Shown: positions 33,204-47,509 of the stretch, in pieces
Numbering within the stretch: the stretch's first letter is position 1
Layout of the letters: every line of letters begins with the position of its first letter
Origin: Setoptus koraiensis
Taxonomy: Eukaryota; Animalia; Arthropoda
Assembly: GCA_048013815.1 (NCBI GenBank)
Contig: CM106586.1
Location: forward strand, 7,564,001-7,628,000
Length of the DNA stretch: 64,000 bases
Direction of reading: 5' to 3'
The notes under the pieces: model-generated
Told to the model about the DNA's origin: nothing
Seen by the model: the letters and a program-made list of their open reading frames with translations, nothing else
Database searches by the model: none
Made by a program: the position numbers and the translations under genes

Positions 33204-36015
33204 GGTGACCGTCGGCCGGGCCGGCCGAGAGAAAGTCGCTTTCTCACACACAATATATATTGCTCGGCTATTATTAGTATAATTAAATTTTTCCTTTCAT
33301 GCCCAAACCGGCCGCTGCATCTCGGCCGAACTTGCGACGGGCATCCGCTGGCGGCGCACAAATTAAAATTGTGCGCCGCCAGCGGCCGCCCGGGCGCCCT
33401 TTCGCCGGGTCCGAGCTGTCATCGAGGACGCTGGCCAGCGCGCAGCGCCATTTTTCTGTGCCCGTGCGGAGCTCGCCAAGCGGGCCGTCCCTCTATTAGA
33501 TTATGGTACATGATGCACCACTCTCGAGCGGTCGCGGGACTCGATCTATGGGCTACGATCGATGGACGGATATTTGCGATATTTGCATCCCTCGCAGCCC
33601 TTTCATTGCGTTCGCGGCGCTCTCAATCTGCCAACTCGGCTCTCGATTCGAGAGTCTCGAACCAATTGCAGCGGCGATGGTGCAATCGGCCGGCCGACGC
33701 GGCACTGTGCACGGCCCGGCCATCGGTGATAATCCCGGCGCTGGCCGCAATGAATAAGAATGCCCACAAAGAAGAATGGCCCTTAAAAGAAGAACGGCCA
33801 ACTGGAGCACACAATGTAGCGGTATGTAAAGATGCACACGATAATAATGCGCCAGATAATCAAGTTAGAGCCGTCGAACGGGCGCATTATTGCCGGCGCA
33901 TCATTGTCGGCGCATACAATTGTGGCGAGATGACCACTTTTTCGGCCACTCGCCGGACACAGCCAGTGCGCCGAACAGTTGAATTGATTCTGAATTGGCT
34001 CTCCGACGGGCCGCAATCGCCCAGCGACGGGCGGCCACCGGCGGGCCGGCCGCGGGCTGAGCTGCAAATGCGGGCTGGCCGCGGGACCGGTCATATATCA
34101 CCGGTACGAACGTCCGAGCGGGTGGCGCCGGGCGCACGTGAGCGGTCGCAGCGCGGGATGCGGCGTCCGGCTGCGCGCGTCGGATTCTGCCGGACTCTTT
34201 CGAATTATCGCGGATTCTCTCGGATTCTTTCGAATTCGGAGCGGATTCTGTTGGAATTGTTCCGAAAAAGGCGCTCGGCCCGCCAATTCGAGCGATCCGA
34301 AAACTCGGTCACCCGTTTCGGCAGCACACACACTCCTGTGACTCGCAACTTAGGAGTCCCGAGTTTGACTCAGCCAGTCAGGGGCGCACAATCTGGCAAG
34401 ACAATCGATGCTGCGCGTCGGCCGCTTTTTAATTGACTTGGCTGCGTCTTTAGCCGGCTTGTCGTCGTTTATATTTATATTTATACTTGTGCTGGCTGTT
34501 GTTTGCAGGCAACCTGTTGCAACTGTCGAGCTTCGGCTGGTTCAATTTTAGCAACTGGCGAGCGCAACAATCGAACCGTTCGTTGAGCCGGCCAACAAAC
34601 AATTCTCTTCGCTGGCTTCCAAAGTGATGGCTGCCTTTGATGGCTGGCTCTGATGGTTGCTCTTGATGGCTGCCTTTGATGGCTGCAGCCGAGAGTATGT
34701 GCATGCCGTCGTGTTGCCCTGTCGAAATTGTCTGAGCAACAACAACAACAACAACACAATTTGTCTTGTGCGATCGGGTGACGACTTGCCAACCGCTCGG
34801 CTTTATAAGCAGTTATAACTTGTAAGTTTTAACTTGCGAATTGCGCCCGCTCGGGCTACTTTGCACTTGCCCGAGCGGCCGGCATTTGTACGCTGAACAG
34901 CCACAAGCGGTCGGCGAGCGAGTTGCTAAAATAAAACGCACAAAGAATTGGCGGCCAGAATTGGCACTGGCGACTCGTTAACGGTGGCACAAATAGCGTT
35001 CGCACAAATTGAAAAGCAACACCAACGGCGAGAAAACAAAACACGAGCTTATCCCTCTCGCGCTCCCTTTGTTCTGGCCACTCTCCCCTGTCGGAGCCGG
35101 CCCGACGGCTTGCCGTTAGGCCGGCGATAGTCGCCCGTCAAGGTTAGCGGCTGTCATTGGCGTGCGAGCACGAACGCACGGTACGGTCTGGCTCACAGGG
35201 CTCGGCTCACAATCGCGAGCCAATCAATTTGTTTGCCTCTGTGTCAGGGCGCTTTGTTGCGTCTGTTTTGACTGTTTTGTCTATTTCTGGCCGGCTCATT
35301 TCGCTGGCCGGCTCGCCACTCGCGAATTGTGCCACTCGCGAATTGTGCCATTCGCAAATTGCGCCACTCGCAACACACGAGACATGAGCTCCGAATGCAA
35401 ATTGCAACTTTCGAATCGAAAGTTTCGATTCGCGAGCCAACGGCAGCCTCTTTTCGGCCATCAGCAGTCATTAACGGCAAACAAACAAAGTAACCGATTG
35501 AGACTCTCAAATTGAGAGTGTCTAGACAGCGCTCGCTCGGCATGCACTGTCCGCTGGCGCGCAACTGACGCGACCGGCGCAACCGACGCAACTGACGCAA
35601 TCGGCGCAACTGACGCAATCGGCGAGACTGCCAATGCGTCAATCGCGTCAATTGCGCCGGTTGCGTCAGTGGCGCCGGTCGCGCCAACGGTGCTGGCGGC
35701 AGCGGCCGGGCGAGCGGTCACTTTCGCCCAGCGCCTGCCGTCTGTTTGTTTTGGCCGATGCGCCGGGCATTTCGAGTCGAAATTTTCGACCGATCGGCCA
35801 GTCGGCCGAAATTGGCCAGCTCGCCGGATCGGGCTGCATTCACATTACTAATGTGACATTAGTGTCAACATCGGCCGATAATGTGCGCACTAATGCGCTC
35901 GAGACTCTCGACTCGAGACTCTCGAGTGGCCGAGTCGAGGGCCAGCTGACGTGCGGACGCAACCGCTCATTATCCGACCCGCGGAGTCCGGCGGCGGCCC
36001 GGACGACAACAAACC

Positions 36016-36085
36016 GGCAACAACTGGCAACGACTGGCAACAACTGGCAACAACTGGCAACAACTGGCAACTACTGGCAACAAAG
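36016..36085. repeat. 10-bp tandem array (GGCAACAACT), 7 units
   Basis: Read directly. Confidence 0.9.
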
Positions 36086-39000
36086 TGGCAACGAGCGGTC
36101 AGTTTGCGCCCGCAGCTTGCAGAAACGGCGCACACAGTGGACACATTTGAGCCGCTTGATTCTCATGCGGCTCGCATGACGCGAGTGCGAGCCCGATGAG
36201 CCGGCCGGCCAGTGCGGCGATCGCGGCCAGTCCGGCCGGACGACATGAGAGACGCAAACGAGCGACACAAACGGGCGTATAAATAGATCCGTTGGCTGTC
36301 AGATTTGCGCTCACTGTCGCCGTTATGTCTCATTGGGCCGCCTGTCAAATGTGCCGTTATTTTAATAGTTTGGCAAGCCAGCGTCGCGCCACAATGTTGT
36401 GTCCGTCTGTCAAGTCACTGGACTCCAGTGCAACAAATGAGTCGGCCAGAGCTGGGCGCACTGGCTCACCTGAGCGCCGGTCAGCCGTTTGCCGGCCGTT
36501 GCTCTGCACTGAGCGATGCTCAGGTGACTTGGGGCCATGACACACAGAGTCGCAGAGCGATGGTTAATTAGGAGACTGCGGCCAGACGGCGCAGCGTCGA
36601 GCAACAGCGAACAGGCGAGCACGATTCTTTCACCTGTTGATTCTGTTGTCTTACAACTTGTAAGTTACAAGTTGCGAGTTGTCAGTTTGCCCGTTATTCG
36701 CCAGTCGTTTTGGCGCTTGTGTTTTGTTGGCTGTTTTGTTGGCCGCTCGTCGAATGGCCAGTTGCAGCGGTCAGTTTGTTGCCGTTTGTTGTTAGTTTGT
36801 GTTTGTTGCTGTTTGCGTTTGTTGCTGTTTGCGTTTGTTGCTGTTTGCGTTTGCTGTTGTTGGTTTGTGTGTTTGTTTTCGGCTGGCAAGCGAGTTCGGC
36901 CAGCTTCGTTTGCAGCAAGCTATTAATCTCTCGCATGTCGCTTGTGTTTTATTTCGTATGTCTCATGTGCCGTGTCTCGGGCTGCCTCATTGAGCCGGCC
37001 CGCGCGGCACAGGTGAGACACAGGTCGCATGAGGCATTATGAGTTTGCGGCGACTCTCGAGTCGAGAAGCCCAATTGGCTTGCTGGCGCGCTGTTTACAT
37101 GTAGTCGGTCGCATGTAGTTGTTGTCGGCCTCGTTAGCCACTCACATAACGGCCGAGGATGAGCCGCGTGAGCGCGCCAGGCCGGACATGACGGCCCGGC
37201 GACGTCCAGCGGGCGACGTCCAGCCGACAAGACGGTGAAATGCAAACAACGAAACCAACGAAAATGAGACAACGGCCAGACGAAAATGAGACAACAGCCA
37301 AACGAAGCCATCACGTTGTTTCGTGCTGGCCGCTTGCTATTTTTGGCGGCGTCTCCTCTCGCTGTTGGCGTCTCGCTCGCTGTCGGCGTCTCTCGGGCGT
37401 CTCTCGGGCGTCTCGCGGGCGTCTCGCGGGTCGCACAAACCGTCGGCCGCCTGAGAACGGTCACACACGCGAAAGTGACCGAGCCAGCGCCGGCGACACG
37501 CCGGCCGCTCGGGTGACACCGGCGCAAGCGGCGGCCCACTGTCACGGAGCGAATTTGCATATGCTGCGCAAACGAGACGCCAACACCGACGAGGGCGCTG
37601 CTGGCAAACAATGGCCAACTGCGCCCGCTTGACCGGCCACCGATGCCAAGACGCCGAGACGCCGAGCGGCAAATTGCGCATTGCGTAAGACGCGGGCATC
37701 TGGGCAGCGGTCGGGGCACAGCGGCGGCCGACGGCCAGCGACGGTTATATGGCCGATATTGCCTGTTGACTGCTGAATCAACTGAGGAGCTGACTCGCCA
37801 AAGTCAGCTGAGTTGACTCGCCAAATCAACTGAGAAGTTGACTCGCCAGGTAGTCGCTGTCAGACGCGATTATGCATTGTTGTTGTCGCTGATGTTTTAG
37901 TGGCTTTTTAATGACTCTATCGCCTCGGCCAGCACGCTCATAGCATTCACAGGATGAATTCGGTGTTTGGGCTGAGTGAACTTGCGGCTGCGGCCGCCAT
38001 TATCCGGTGGCGACCAAATGCGACTGTCCAGCGGCGGCAGTTTGTAGCGACCAAACTACAAACTGCCATTGTCGTCGCTGCGTTCCTGCGGGCCGCCGGA
38101 GCAAGCGAGAACGGCAACCCCGTTTGAAAGCGTTACGTGAAGCCATTGTCAGCGACAAACAACGGCCGGGCCGGCAGCAGCGACAACAATTAATGCGCTC
38201 ATTAATGCCCGGCAACTATAAATAAACATGCAGAAATGATTGGGCATGATTGGACGATGATCCAAATTTCGCAAATGCGCCGTCCGGCGATTTCCCTTTC
38301 GCCGCGCCGGACTCTGCCGGGAGTCGCCTCATTTGTCCAGTCGAACGGTCGCCGAGACGCCGTCGGACGGGCAAACGGTGCGAGGTCCATTATTGTTTGC
38401 TGAGCGGCGAAAGTCGCCGGCCCGGCGCAATTGGCCATAATTGGCCCGGCGAGCCAAGCTCGCCTAGCTCGCCAATCGAGACCCGATCGGGCCAACTGAC
38501 GTATCTCCGGACTGCGTTACTACGGTTCATTATTATGCTAATGGAACAACACAGGTGATGAATAGTGCACGCCGCTGGCCCGGCTAATTAGTCCACTAAT
38601 GGCCGTCTAATAGTATTAAATGGTCGCCGTTGTTGTTGTTGCCGTTGTTGTTGCCGTTGTTGTTGGCGCTGCCGCTATCGGTTGTCATGCTAAAATTACA
38701 ACAGTCACAATAGTCGCCGTTGCTGAACGCTGGACGGGACGCTCCGAAAGCTACAAAACGGACACCGGCTAAACACACAAACTGCAGCTAATTGCAATAA
38801 TTGTGGCAGTCGTAATAGTTGCAAAAGTCGTAATGATTGCAACAACGGTCGGCGGTCACTCGAGTGCTCGCTTGGCCATTATTGCGCAACACCAACGCCG
38901 GCAACGACGCCGGCAACGGCGCCGACAACAACAGCACCAACAACTGCCACCACTGCAACGGCGCCGGCCGCTCTGCCCGCGTCACGACTGGCTGGCCAAC

Positions 39001-42000
39001 TGACCAACGGCCGGCGGATAAATCGCTCGGCCGACCGATAATTGAAACGCTTTCGCTCACTCTCTCTCCGGCGGGTCGCTACAGCGGCCCACAAACAGGG
39101 CTCGGTGCGGCTACGGTGACGGCAGCGGCTCGACGGCGGGACTTCGGGTGCCGGCAGCGGCCGCCCGATGAGCCCCGCAACAACAAGTCTCACATGACGG
39201 GCAGAAATCATGTATAATGAGCCAGACAGACGACGGCTGCAGCGCCGAGAAAGTATCACTGCAAGTTTTGGCCGCCGAAACACCAAGAAGCTCGAGCGGG
39301 CAATTAATTTATTTGTCCGCTCCATTAATAGCCAGATTAGCGCGCCGGGATCGGGCGCAAATCCGATCCAAGTCTTGCATTCGGGCAAAAATTTGGCGCA
39401 GAAAGTCCCGCTCCTTGCGGAAAAAGTCCTGCTCCTTGTGGCACAAAAGTCCTGCTCCTTGCAGAGGCGCGCAGAGGCAAGCAAATGGCTGGCTCGGCGC
39501 AGGCCAATTGACGGCTCAATCGGGCTGCACCGACGACAATTTTATTGACCACTTGGCTGGCCACTGACCACTGACTGTTGAACTCATTATCGCCCGCATC
39601 TTTATTATCGTTGGCGCTATTTATGAATGGCGGCCGGCAGATTTGCAGAGCGGCTCGAAGCGATTCCATTTATCACGATTTGTGTCAGCCGGCAAGCGAG
39701 AGCGAGTGCCGCCGATGCCCAATGACCGCTCATCGGCTCAGTTGGCCAGCTCGGTCGGCTCACTTGCGGCCGGTTATAATTAGATGTGCGGACGGCCATT
39801 AATAGCGTTGGTTGGCCACCATTCTCTGTCTCAACCGGCTCGCTCTAAATAGAAACAAATGGTGAAAATAAATCAATCGATCCAATTGTGTTGAATGGGC
39901 GAGTTAAATTGAATATTTGCCAGCGACTCACTGTTTGCCGGCGTTTGTGTTGCGCCCGACCGGCCCGCCGTCCGGCCGGCCCGCTGTTTTGACTCACTGC
40001 CAGTGGCGCACTGGCTTCGTTTCAACTTGCGATTATTCTTGTCTCGGGTGCGCGGCTCTCCGACGGCCGACACGCCGCTCACCTGTTGCATCGCTCACCT
40101 GTTGCCGCGCTCGCTTGTTGCGCTGCCGGCTTACCGCCGGCCGGCTGGCCAAATGAAAGCGAGCCCGTGGGCCACATCAATCGCTGCAATGCTGCAGTGC
40201 TGCTCATCGTGATGGCCTCGCCACATTTAAACGACTGCGGTCAGCGCTTGCCCGATGATCGATCACCGCTCATCCGCTCGACCGGGCGCCGCTCTCACTT
40301 GGGCTGCCATGGTGAATATTGTTGAGCTCCGGCGAGCGCTTATCTCACCAACTTGTCGACGTTGCCGAGACGCGCCGCCGATTTTGCCGGCCGACAGGCA
40401 CGCGCATCGCGTGATGCGCGCCGGCCCGGCTCAGCTGGGTCGGCCGTCCCGACGGCGCGCATGCGGCCCGCCGCCGACTGACGAAACGGCGCGCCGACCG
40501 ACCGAATGCGGGGCAATCGAGCGACTCTCCGCAGAATCGAGCGACTCGCCGCAGAGCCGAGCGACTCGCCGGACAATCGGCAGCCGTCGGGCCGGATTAA
40601 ATTGTGCGCCAGTGTTTAATTAGCGCGGCACCGTGCGGCCGCGCCGAATGGAAAGTTACGACCGGCCGACCGCTTATCCGCTACCTTTCGGCGACGCTAA
40701 TGAAAATCAATCAAGCTAATGGGCAAACGAGTCGCCGGCGCACACACTCGGGCCGGCCAGCACACATGCTAATGAGAGCCGCCGTTCGGGCGCCCACTCA
40801 TTTTATCGCATCTACGCCGGACAATGATATAATAATGCTAATAGTGATTGCAATAATAATCATCCTCATGATAATAGTAATGGTGCCATTAATAACAGAC
40901 TGAACGGACCAGTTAGTATGCTGTAACAGGTGAGGCGGCCTAACCATTAGCGGCGCCAGAAACTGCATTAAGCTGCATTTAACTGCCCCTGCCGCTGTGA
41001 GCATAGATTAATTGATTGATATGGCGCCGAGCGAGCGAGCGAGCGGCACTTCCGGTGTGCATTTCACTAATACGCCGACTGACTGACCGACTGAGCTGTC
41101 GGTGGGTCGCGCCGAATGTGTCCGAATCGAAGCCGAATTGTATTGGCAGCCGAACGTAAATGATCGCTAGCAACAGGTAGCCGGTAGCTGCTGTCTGCTG
41201 GCTGTTTCACAGGCAGGATATTGCCTACTGGATATTGGATAGATCAATCAGCTGACGGCAACAATCAACTGTCAATGGGCATAAACGTGAGAATGCAAAT
41301 GCGAGCTTGTTGGCTATATATAGCCACCAGAATCTTGTAGCATCTTGGCCGCATGTCGGCCGCACCGCTGCACCACCGCACCATTCGATGAGCCGGGTTG
41401 CGGATAACCGCGCGGAGCGTACATGAGCCGACCGAGTCAGCTGATCCCGGATTAATCACAGGGCTCAATCGGCCGGCTACAACCCGACGACGACCATTAT
41501 GACGACCATGACGACGATTACGACGACGACGACGCAATCGAGCTGGCGACAATTCGCTGGCTTGCGGGCCGCATTGCGTAATCAGCAGCGGCTAGTTGCG
41601 AGATGGCGAGATGGCGAGATCGGCTGGCAACAAGCGGCGGCGGCGAGAATTTCGCCAGATTGAGACGAGATTATCCGTCGTTGCCAGGCAACAACCAACA
41701 GCCATGTTTACATGTTACGTAATGTCATGTTGATGTTGTGATAGACACGACGAATTATGCAACTGTTATGTGTAAGTTTGTTGTGTTTTGTTTGACGGTT
41801 GCTGCTGATGAGTTTCGCTGAACACTTTTGACAGTCGTTGCCGGCGTCAGCTGTGAGCGCCGCCGACAGGTGAGCGGTGGCCAAGTGAATAAGCGCGCCG
41901 CGTTATGTCGCCGCCGTCAGTGGGCCTAATCTATTTGCATAATCTAATGAATGTTTGCCGAAACGTTGCATTAGTGGACATTGGCCGCCCAGCTCCGGCC

Positions 42001-45000
42001 AGCAAACGGCTTGTTGGCTGTCGCCGGCCGGCCGGCCGGCCAATCGTGCCAGACCTGTCGTGGTCAGCTGATGAAGCTGTTCCGGTGTGCCGGCACCGCT
42101 GCGGTGTCAGTTGCGCAACGGTGCGGCGTTGGTTGCGCAACGGTGCGGCCACAACAATGCCATCGTGAGCATGTGTTGACGGCGCTGCGGTTGCGCCGTT
42201 GTCCGCGCCGCGCTCGGCGCCAGTGTGTGGCCGAAACCCGAGCGGCCGAATGTGGCCGAAACCCGAGCGGCCAAAACAAACAACGATCATTCAAATTTAT
42301 TCAAAACGCACACAACAATTATAATAATAACAATAATAATAACAATTTCGCTTCGCTTCACCTGGCCGGCGCCGGCGCGTCGTGTGTCCATTGATCCAGT
42401 TCGCTCGCTATTGGTCAGTTGTTGCGTCACGATCTGGGTCAGGAGTCGCACTGTGTGTGCAGCACTTTCCAAATGCACTGTCGGACACTGCAATCGGCGA
42501 ATATCCGGCGAATATCCGACGAATATTCGTCGGATATTATTCGGCCAATATGCAAATATCGCGGCTAATGCAATTGTCGGCAATCAACAACGAAAGTGTC
42601 GGATTACGCTGATGCCGGTGCCGGTGCAAAGCGCCATTTCGCGCTAAATTATCGCCACCCAGTCGCTCTATGTGCGCCGTGTCTCACACACTGTCCGATA
42701 GGTGCTTTCGGAATGGGCAACCGAGCCGCTCACAGTCGCTGTTGCGCAAATTAAACGCGCCCGTTTCGCCCGCTGACAACAGCAGCGGACAGCCGGCCAC
42801 AGGAAACGGAGCGACCCGCAGTGTGGAGACGCGGAAGTCGACGTGCCGGCCGGCCGGCCGGCACACACGGTCCGTGGCGACTTGGCAACGGGCGAAACGG
42901 GCGCGTTTAATTTGCGCAATTCGCGCAATTTGCGCAATTTGCACAATTTTCGCCATTTGCAAACTCGATTAATAAACTCGATTAAGCGACCGAAACTGAC
43001 AGACCGACACTGCCAATGATGATTGGCCGCAACATGGTGCACCGGCCCGTTGGCCGCCGCTGACCGACGATCAATTTTATCGGCCAATTTTATTTTATTT
43101 TATGCCAGTGGCCCATTGTTATGAATTACAATTTTTATTATTGCGCCCATTCGGGCCTCTCGACTCGAGAGTCCCGAGTCGACAGTGCGGCAACTCGCCC
43201 GAACGAGCCGATGAGCGGCCGAGCGGGCCGCGTCGCATTTGTGTCACTGTGCGTTCAGCACGACCGACCGCAACCGGCACCGGAAACAAGCGGCCCGTTC
43301 CAGCCGCGCTATCCACACCGGAAACGCTGCAGCGCGGCTCGGGGGCCCGAACGGCAGCGGACGGCCGCCGGCTCACACGTGAGAGTCACAACTTGTGACT
43401 GACAAGCCAATTCTTCAACTTGGCCAATTTGTAAGGCGTCTTAATTTGCGACAAGTGCCCGGCCGGCCGGCTGTGACAGGCCGGCCAACGGGCAACGCAA
43501 TTAGCCGTCGCGCACAATTAGCTTGAATCGGGTAAATCCGGCCGGGCGCACTCATTTTAATTAGCCGACTGTCCGCTCGTCGCTCGCCTGATGCGAGTAG
43601 CCTGATGTGTCGGACAGGCTCATTAGCGCCATTTAGCCCATTGTTGGCCGATTGGCGCCGTTTAGGGCGCCGTTGTTGTTGCTGATGGGCAACAACTCGA
43701 TCGTCGACAACAACGGCCGACAGCAGCCGACAACAACGGGCAACAACTGGCAACAGCGGCCGACAGCGGCGACGACAGCGGCCAGTTCCGACAGGTTGCG
43801 ACGGGTTGCGGCGGCCGGCGCCGGGGCGAGCGCGAAAGCGAAAGCGAAAGTGAGCGATGTGTTTGTTTGTTGAGTTGTGATGTAAGACGCCGAGCGGCCG
43901 GAATCGGCCGTTGGCTGTTTCTTTGTCAATTAAATGAGCGTTGCGCAACACACACACACGCTAGAGTTGTATTTATTTTATCATTCGCGAATCGGGCTTC
44001 CGAATTGAGCGAACGAAAGAGCGAAAATTGCCGGCGCGAATGAATGCCGGCCGCGCCAGCGAGTCGGCAAATAATGCGCCCAGTCGGCCGAGCAAGATAA
44101 ATGCAGCGAGAATAAAGGATAATAAACAAGACGAACAGCGATTGCCAGTGACCGGTCAGCAAATAATGCGTCGGCTTGCGCCGCCGGAAGAAGCGCCAAT
44201 GTCCGATGTGCGCGCTTTGTTGGCTAATTTGCCGTTGTGAGCTCACGAAGTCGGCCCAATTGGCGGCGCGGCGCGGCGCGGCTCGGCCATTGGCGGCCGG
44301 TGGCGGCCATCGGCGGCCAGTTGTGGCCAGCAGTGGCCAGTAGTGGGCAATTTGGCGCAATTGGCGGCTATCATTGATGCAAACGGCACGGACAAGCACC
44401 CATTGCGGGCCATTGCGAGCCATTGCATGCCCATTATGTCGAGCCGGGCAACTGGTCATTCTATTGTCTTTTGGAGCGCTCTCACAATGGAGCCGGGCCG
44501 CGATCGAGCGCCCTCCGCTCGCTTTCGGCTCGGCTCAATTTCGCCGCAATTTTGCGAGGGCACGCCGGCCGGCCTACCGGCCGGCCGCCGACGCCAGCAA
44601 ACAGCCGCCGCTGGCCCGCCCAACGGGCGGTTGCGGAACTGGCCGCTGGCCGGCTTCCGACGCAACAGCTTCCGATTGGCCGCGCCGTGTCGCCGCGCCG
44701 CCGACTCTCCAGCTCGAAACAAAAGTGCTGACACAAAACGAAACTTTGCACACAAAACGAAACTTTTGGCACAAAACAAAACAAGAGTTTTGTCGCTCGC
44801 AAAACCGTCGCATTTTGCACGCTGCGCCCGAGCCCGACTTAATGACGGGCCGCTCTCTGTCGCCCGCTCGCTGTGCGGTTGCATGGCGGCGAGCTAGACA
44901 AGCGGCGCCGCGTTCGTGACGACATCCATTAGCGCCTGCGGCGCCTGTACTGTCACCGCTCAGCTGTTTGCCGGCAGCTCGTTTCGGGGCGCCATCGCCG

Positions 45001-46718
45001 CCTGTCCGCTTATAAAGATGAAAGTTTTATCCGCCGCGGCCGGATCTGGTCGGCCCGAGTCGAGATCCGGCCCATCGACGGGCCGATTTTTGGCCATTTT
45101 TCGTGGGGGCGGGTGCCGATCCGACCAAAAGCAACATTGGCCCGATTGTGCTGTAGGGGGCGACTGTAAGGCTGGCGCTGGCGTTGTGCGAGTCGCAAAC
45201 GATATATCAAACGATGATCATTATGTATCAACGATATGCGAGCGCCCGATGTGAGCGCATAGCGGCGCCCTCCGTTACAACGATCGTAATCAATTTCATG
45301 CTCGGTTAATTATGTTTGTCAGCGAGGCGCCCACAAACAGCAAGTGGGTGGCCGATGGTCAGCCGGACACAGGCCAAATATTGCGTGAAACATACCTTTA
45401 AATGGGTGAGACAGGCGGTGCAGTTGTCGACGACGCAAACAACAATCGTCATGACTCACGACAAGCGGCTACCGCCTCGGACGACAGCAACAGCAACGAC
45501 AGCAACGACGGCGCCAACAACAATGCGTGTGTCTGCTAATTAATTAAATTTAATTAACAGCAATCAATATTGCGCAATCAGCGTTGGCTCAGCATTGACC
45601 GGCCGGCGGCGGCTTGCGCAACAGCCGGCCGCCGGCCGGCGAGCGTGGGCGTCCGCTCGTTGGCTCGTTGGCGTCGGCTTGTCCGGCGACGCGCCGGACA
45701 CACGGTCAACGGCGGGCCGGGCCGGCCCGGCCAGCAGCGGGTGGCCGGCAGCGAGTTGTTGCTGACCGTTCGCCTGTCAGCTACTGTCGTCTGTGTGTCG
45801 CAACAACAGTAGCTGTTTGTGGGAATTCATGCTGCGATTCGTCTGGAATCACTTTCGCTTTGTCGCTGGTGTTGCCTGTTACCTGTTGCCTGTTGGATCA
45901 ACAGTGTTGATGATTATTCAATGGATTTTGTTAATTATTTAATTGCGCAACTAGCACAACACTGTCGGACGACGGTTGGTGCTCGTTGGAGCAGCTTGAT
46001 TACGCAATACCAACAAGCCGTGTGTCATGCTGACGAGATAGAGAGAGAGAGAGAGAGTCGAGTCATTTAAAAGGGGGCGCCTCAAACTTTGTTACTTTGT
46101 ACAGCTGATTGCGTTGCCGCTGAGATGCAGAATGACAGACGACAGACAGTGTGCGTGTGACAAGTGAGAGCGGCGGTCTTGCCAAGAGAACCGTTAGTGT
46201 CATTAGGTGATTATGTTGTGAGTTAGCCACTTCACTGGGCCGCCGCTTCACTTGGCTTGCCGGGCACTCTGCGGCCAGCTAGGTCAACACACTTTTGCAG
46301 TTTGCACACACACACACTGTTGGAGTAACACTGTTGGAGTAACACTGTTGGAGTATGAACAGTGGGCATAAATAACTTTCCGTTACATAACTGTCCAATG
46401 TCGGTCGCTGTGCGCGCCGCACAACAGCGACCGGCCCGCACTGCCCAAAACAAAGCCCGTTCGACCTGCGCTACCTGACCGACGCTCAGTGGCCATGCAA
46501 TAAAGTGGCTGCCAGATACTATCTGGCCACTCCGCTCTGGCCAAACTGACCCCGGCTACCAGCGGCAGCAACAGCGACAGCGGCAACAACAACAACGAAA
46601 ACGGCAGCAACAACAACAGCAACAACAACGGCAACAACCAGAGCACTTGTTGCTGTTGCGCAACTGGCTGTTCACCTGTTCACCATTGTAGCTGCATTGT
46701 GGCCGCATTAGCTGATTG

Positions 46719-46722
<4 letters not shown>

Positions 46723-46760
<38 letters not shown>
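46723..46760. repeat. (GT)n dinucleotide microsatellite
   Basis: Read directly. It is one of many (CA/GT)n and (CAA/TTG/CAG)n tracts in the non-coding regions. Confidence 0.9.
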
Positions 46761-46762
<2 letters not shown>

Positions 46763-47466
46763 TAGCTGAATCAACACCTCAATCTCACAGTGATGACGCT
46801 TGATGAGATTGCCAGATTAGACAGCCAGCGACACTTGTTGTTGTTGCTGCTGTTGTTGCCGTTGTTGTTGCTGCTGTTGCTGTTGTTGTTGTTGTTGCTG
46901 CAACAACAACAGCAACTCGTATCCCGAAACAACAACGGCAACGACAGCAAGACGACACACAACAACCAACAAAAGACAAAACGACTCGCCGGCAGCAAGT
47001 GGGTGCGCCCGCTCGCAGCGTGGATGCCGACCGGTCGCCGACTGGGCTTAATTGAGAGCCGACGATAATGCGAATGCCCATCAATCGATTGTTTCTTGGC
47101 TCGACAATCGCAACTCGCAACTCGCCAACTGACCACTGGCCATTGGTCGCTCCAACAGAGCGACTGTGTCAATGTAACTTGATCGCTTTAGCTGACGACG
47201 CTGCTCTAAGATGCTGCAAACAGATAAGACACACTGGGCGCGATTCAAGGTTTGTCTTGCCATTTGGTGCTGTCGTCGTTGTTGTTGTTGTTGTTGTCGC
47301 TGTTGTTGTTGCCAGCATCCATTAGCTGCATCAACAGCGACAACAACAACAGCGACAACAAGCCGCCAGCAACAATTGGTGTTCACGGGTTCACAGGTAA
47401 CATTGAGTTGAACTCAATTGCACTTTTATTTATTCTCAATATCAATCTTGTTGCTGCAATCTTGTC

Positions 47467-47509
<43 letters not shown>

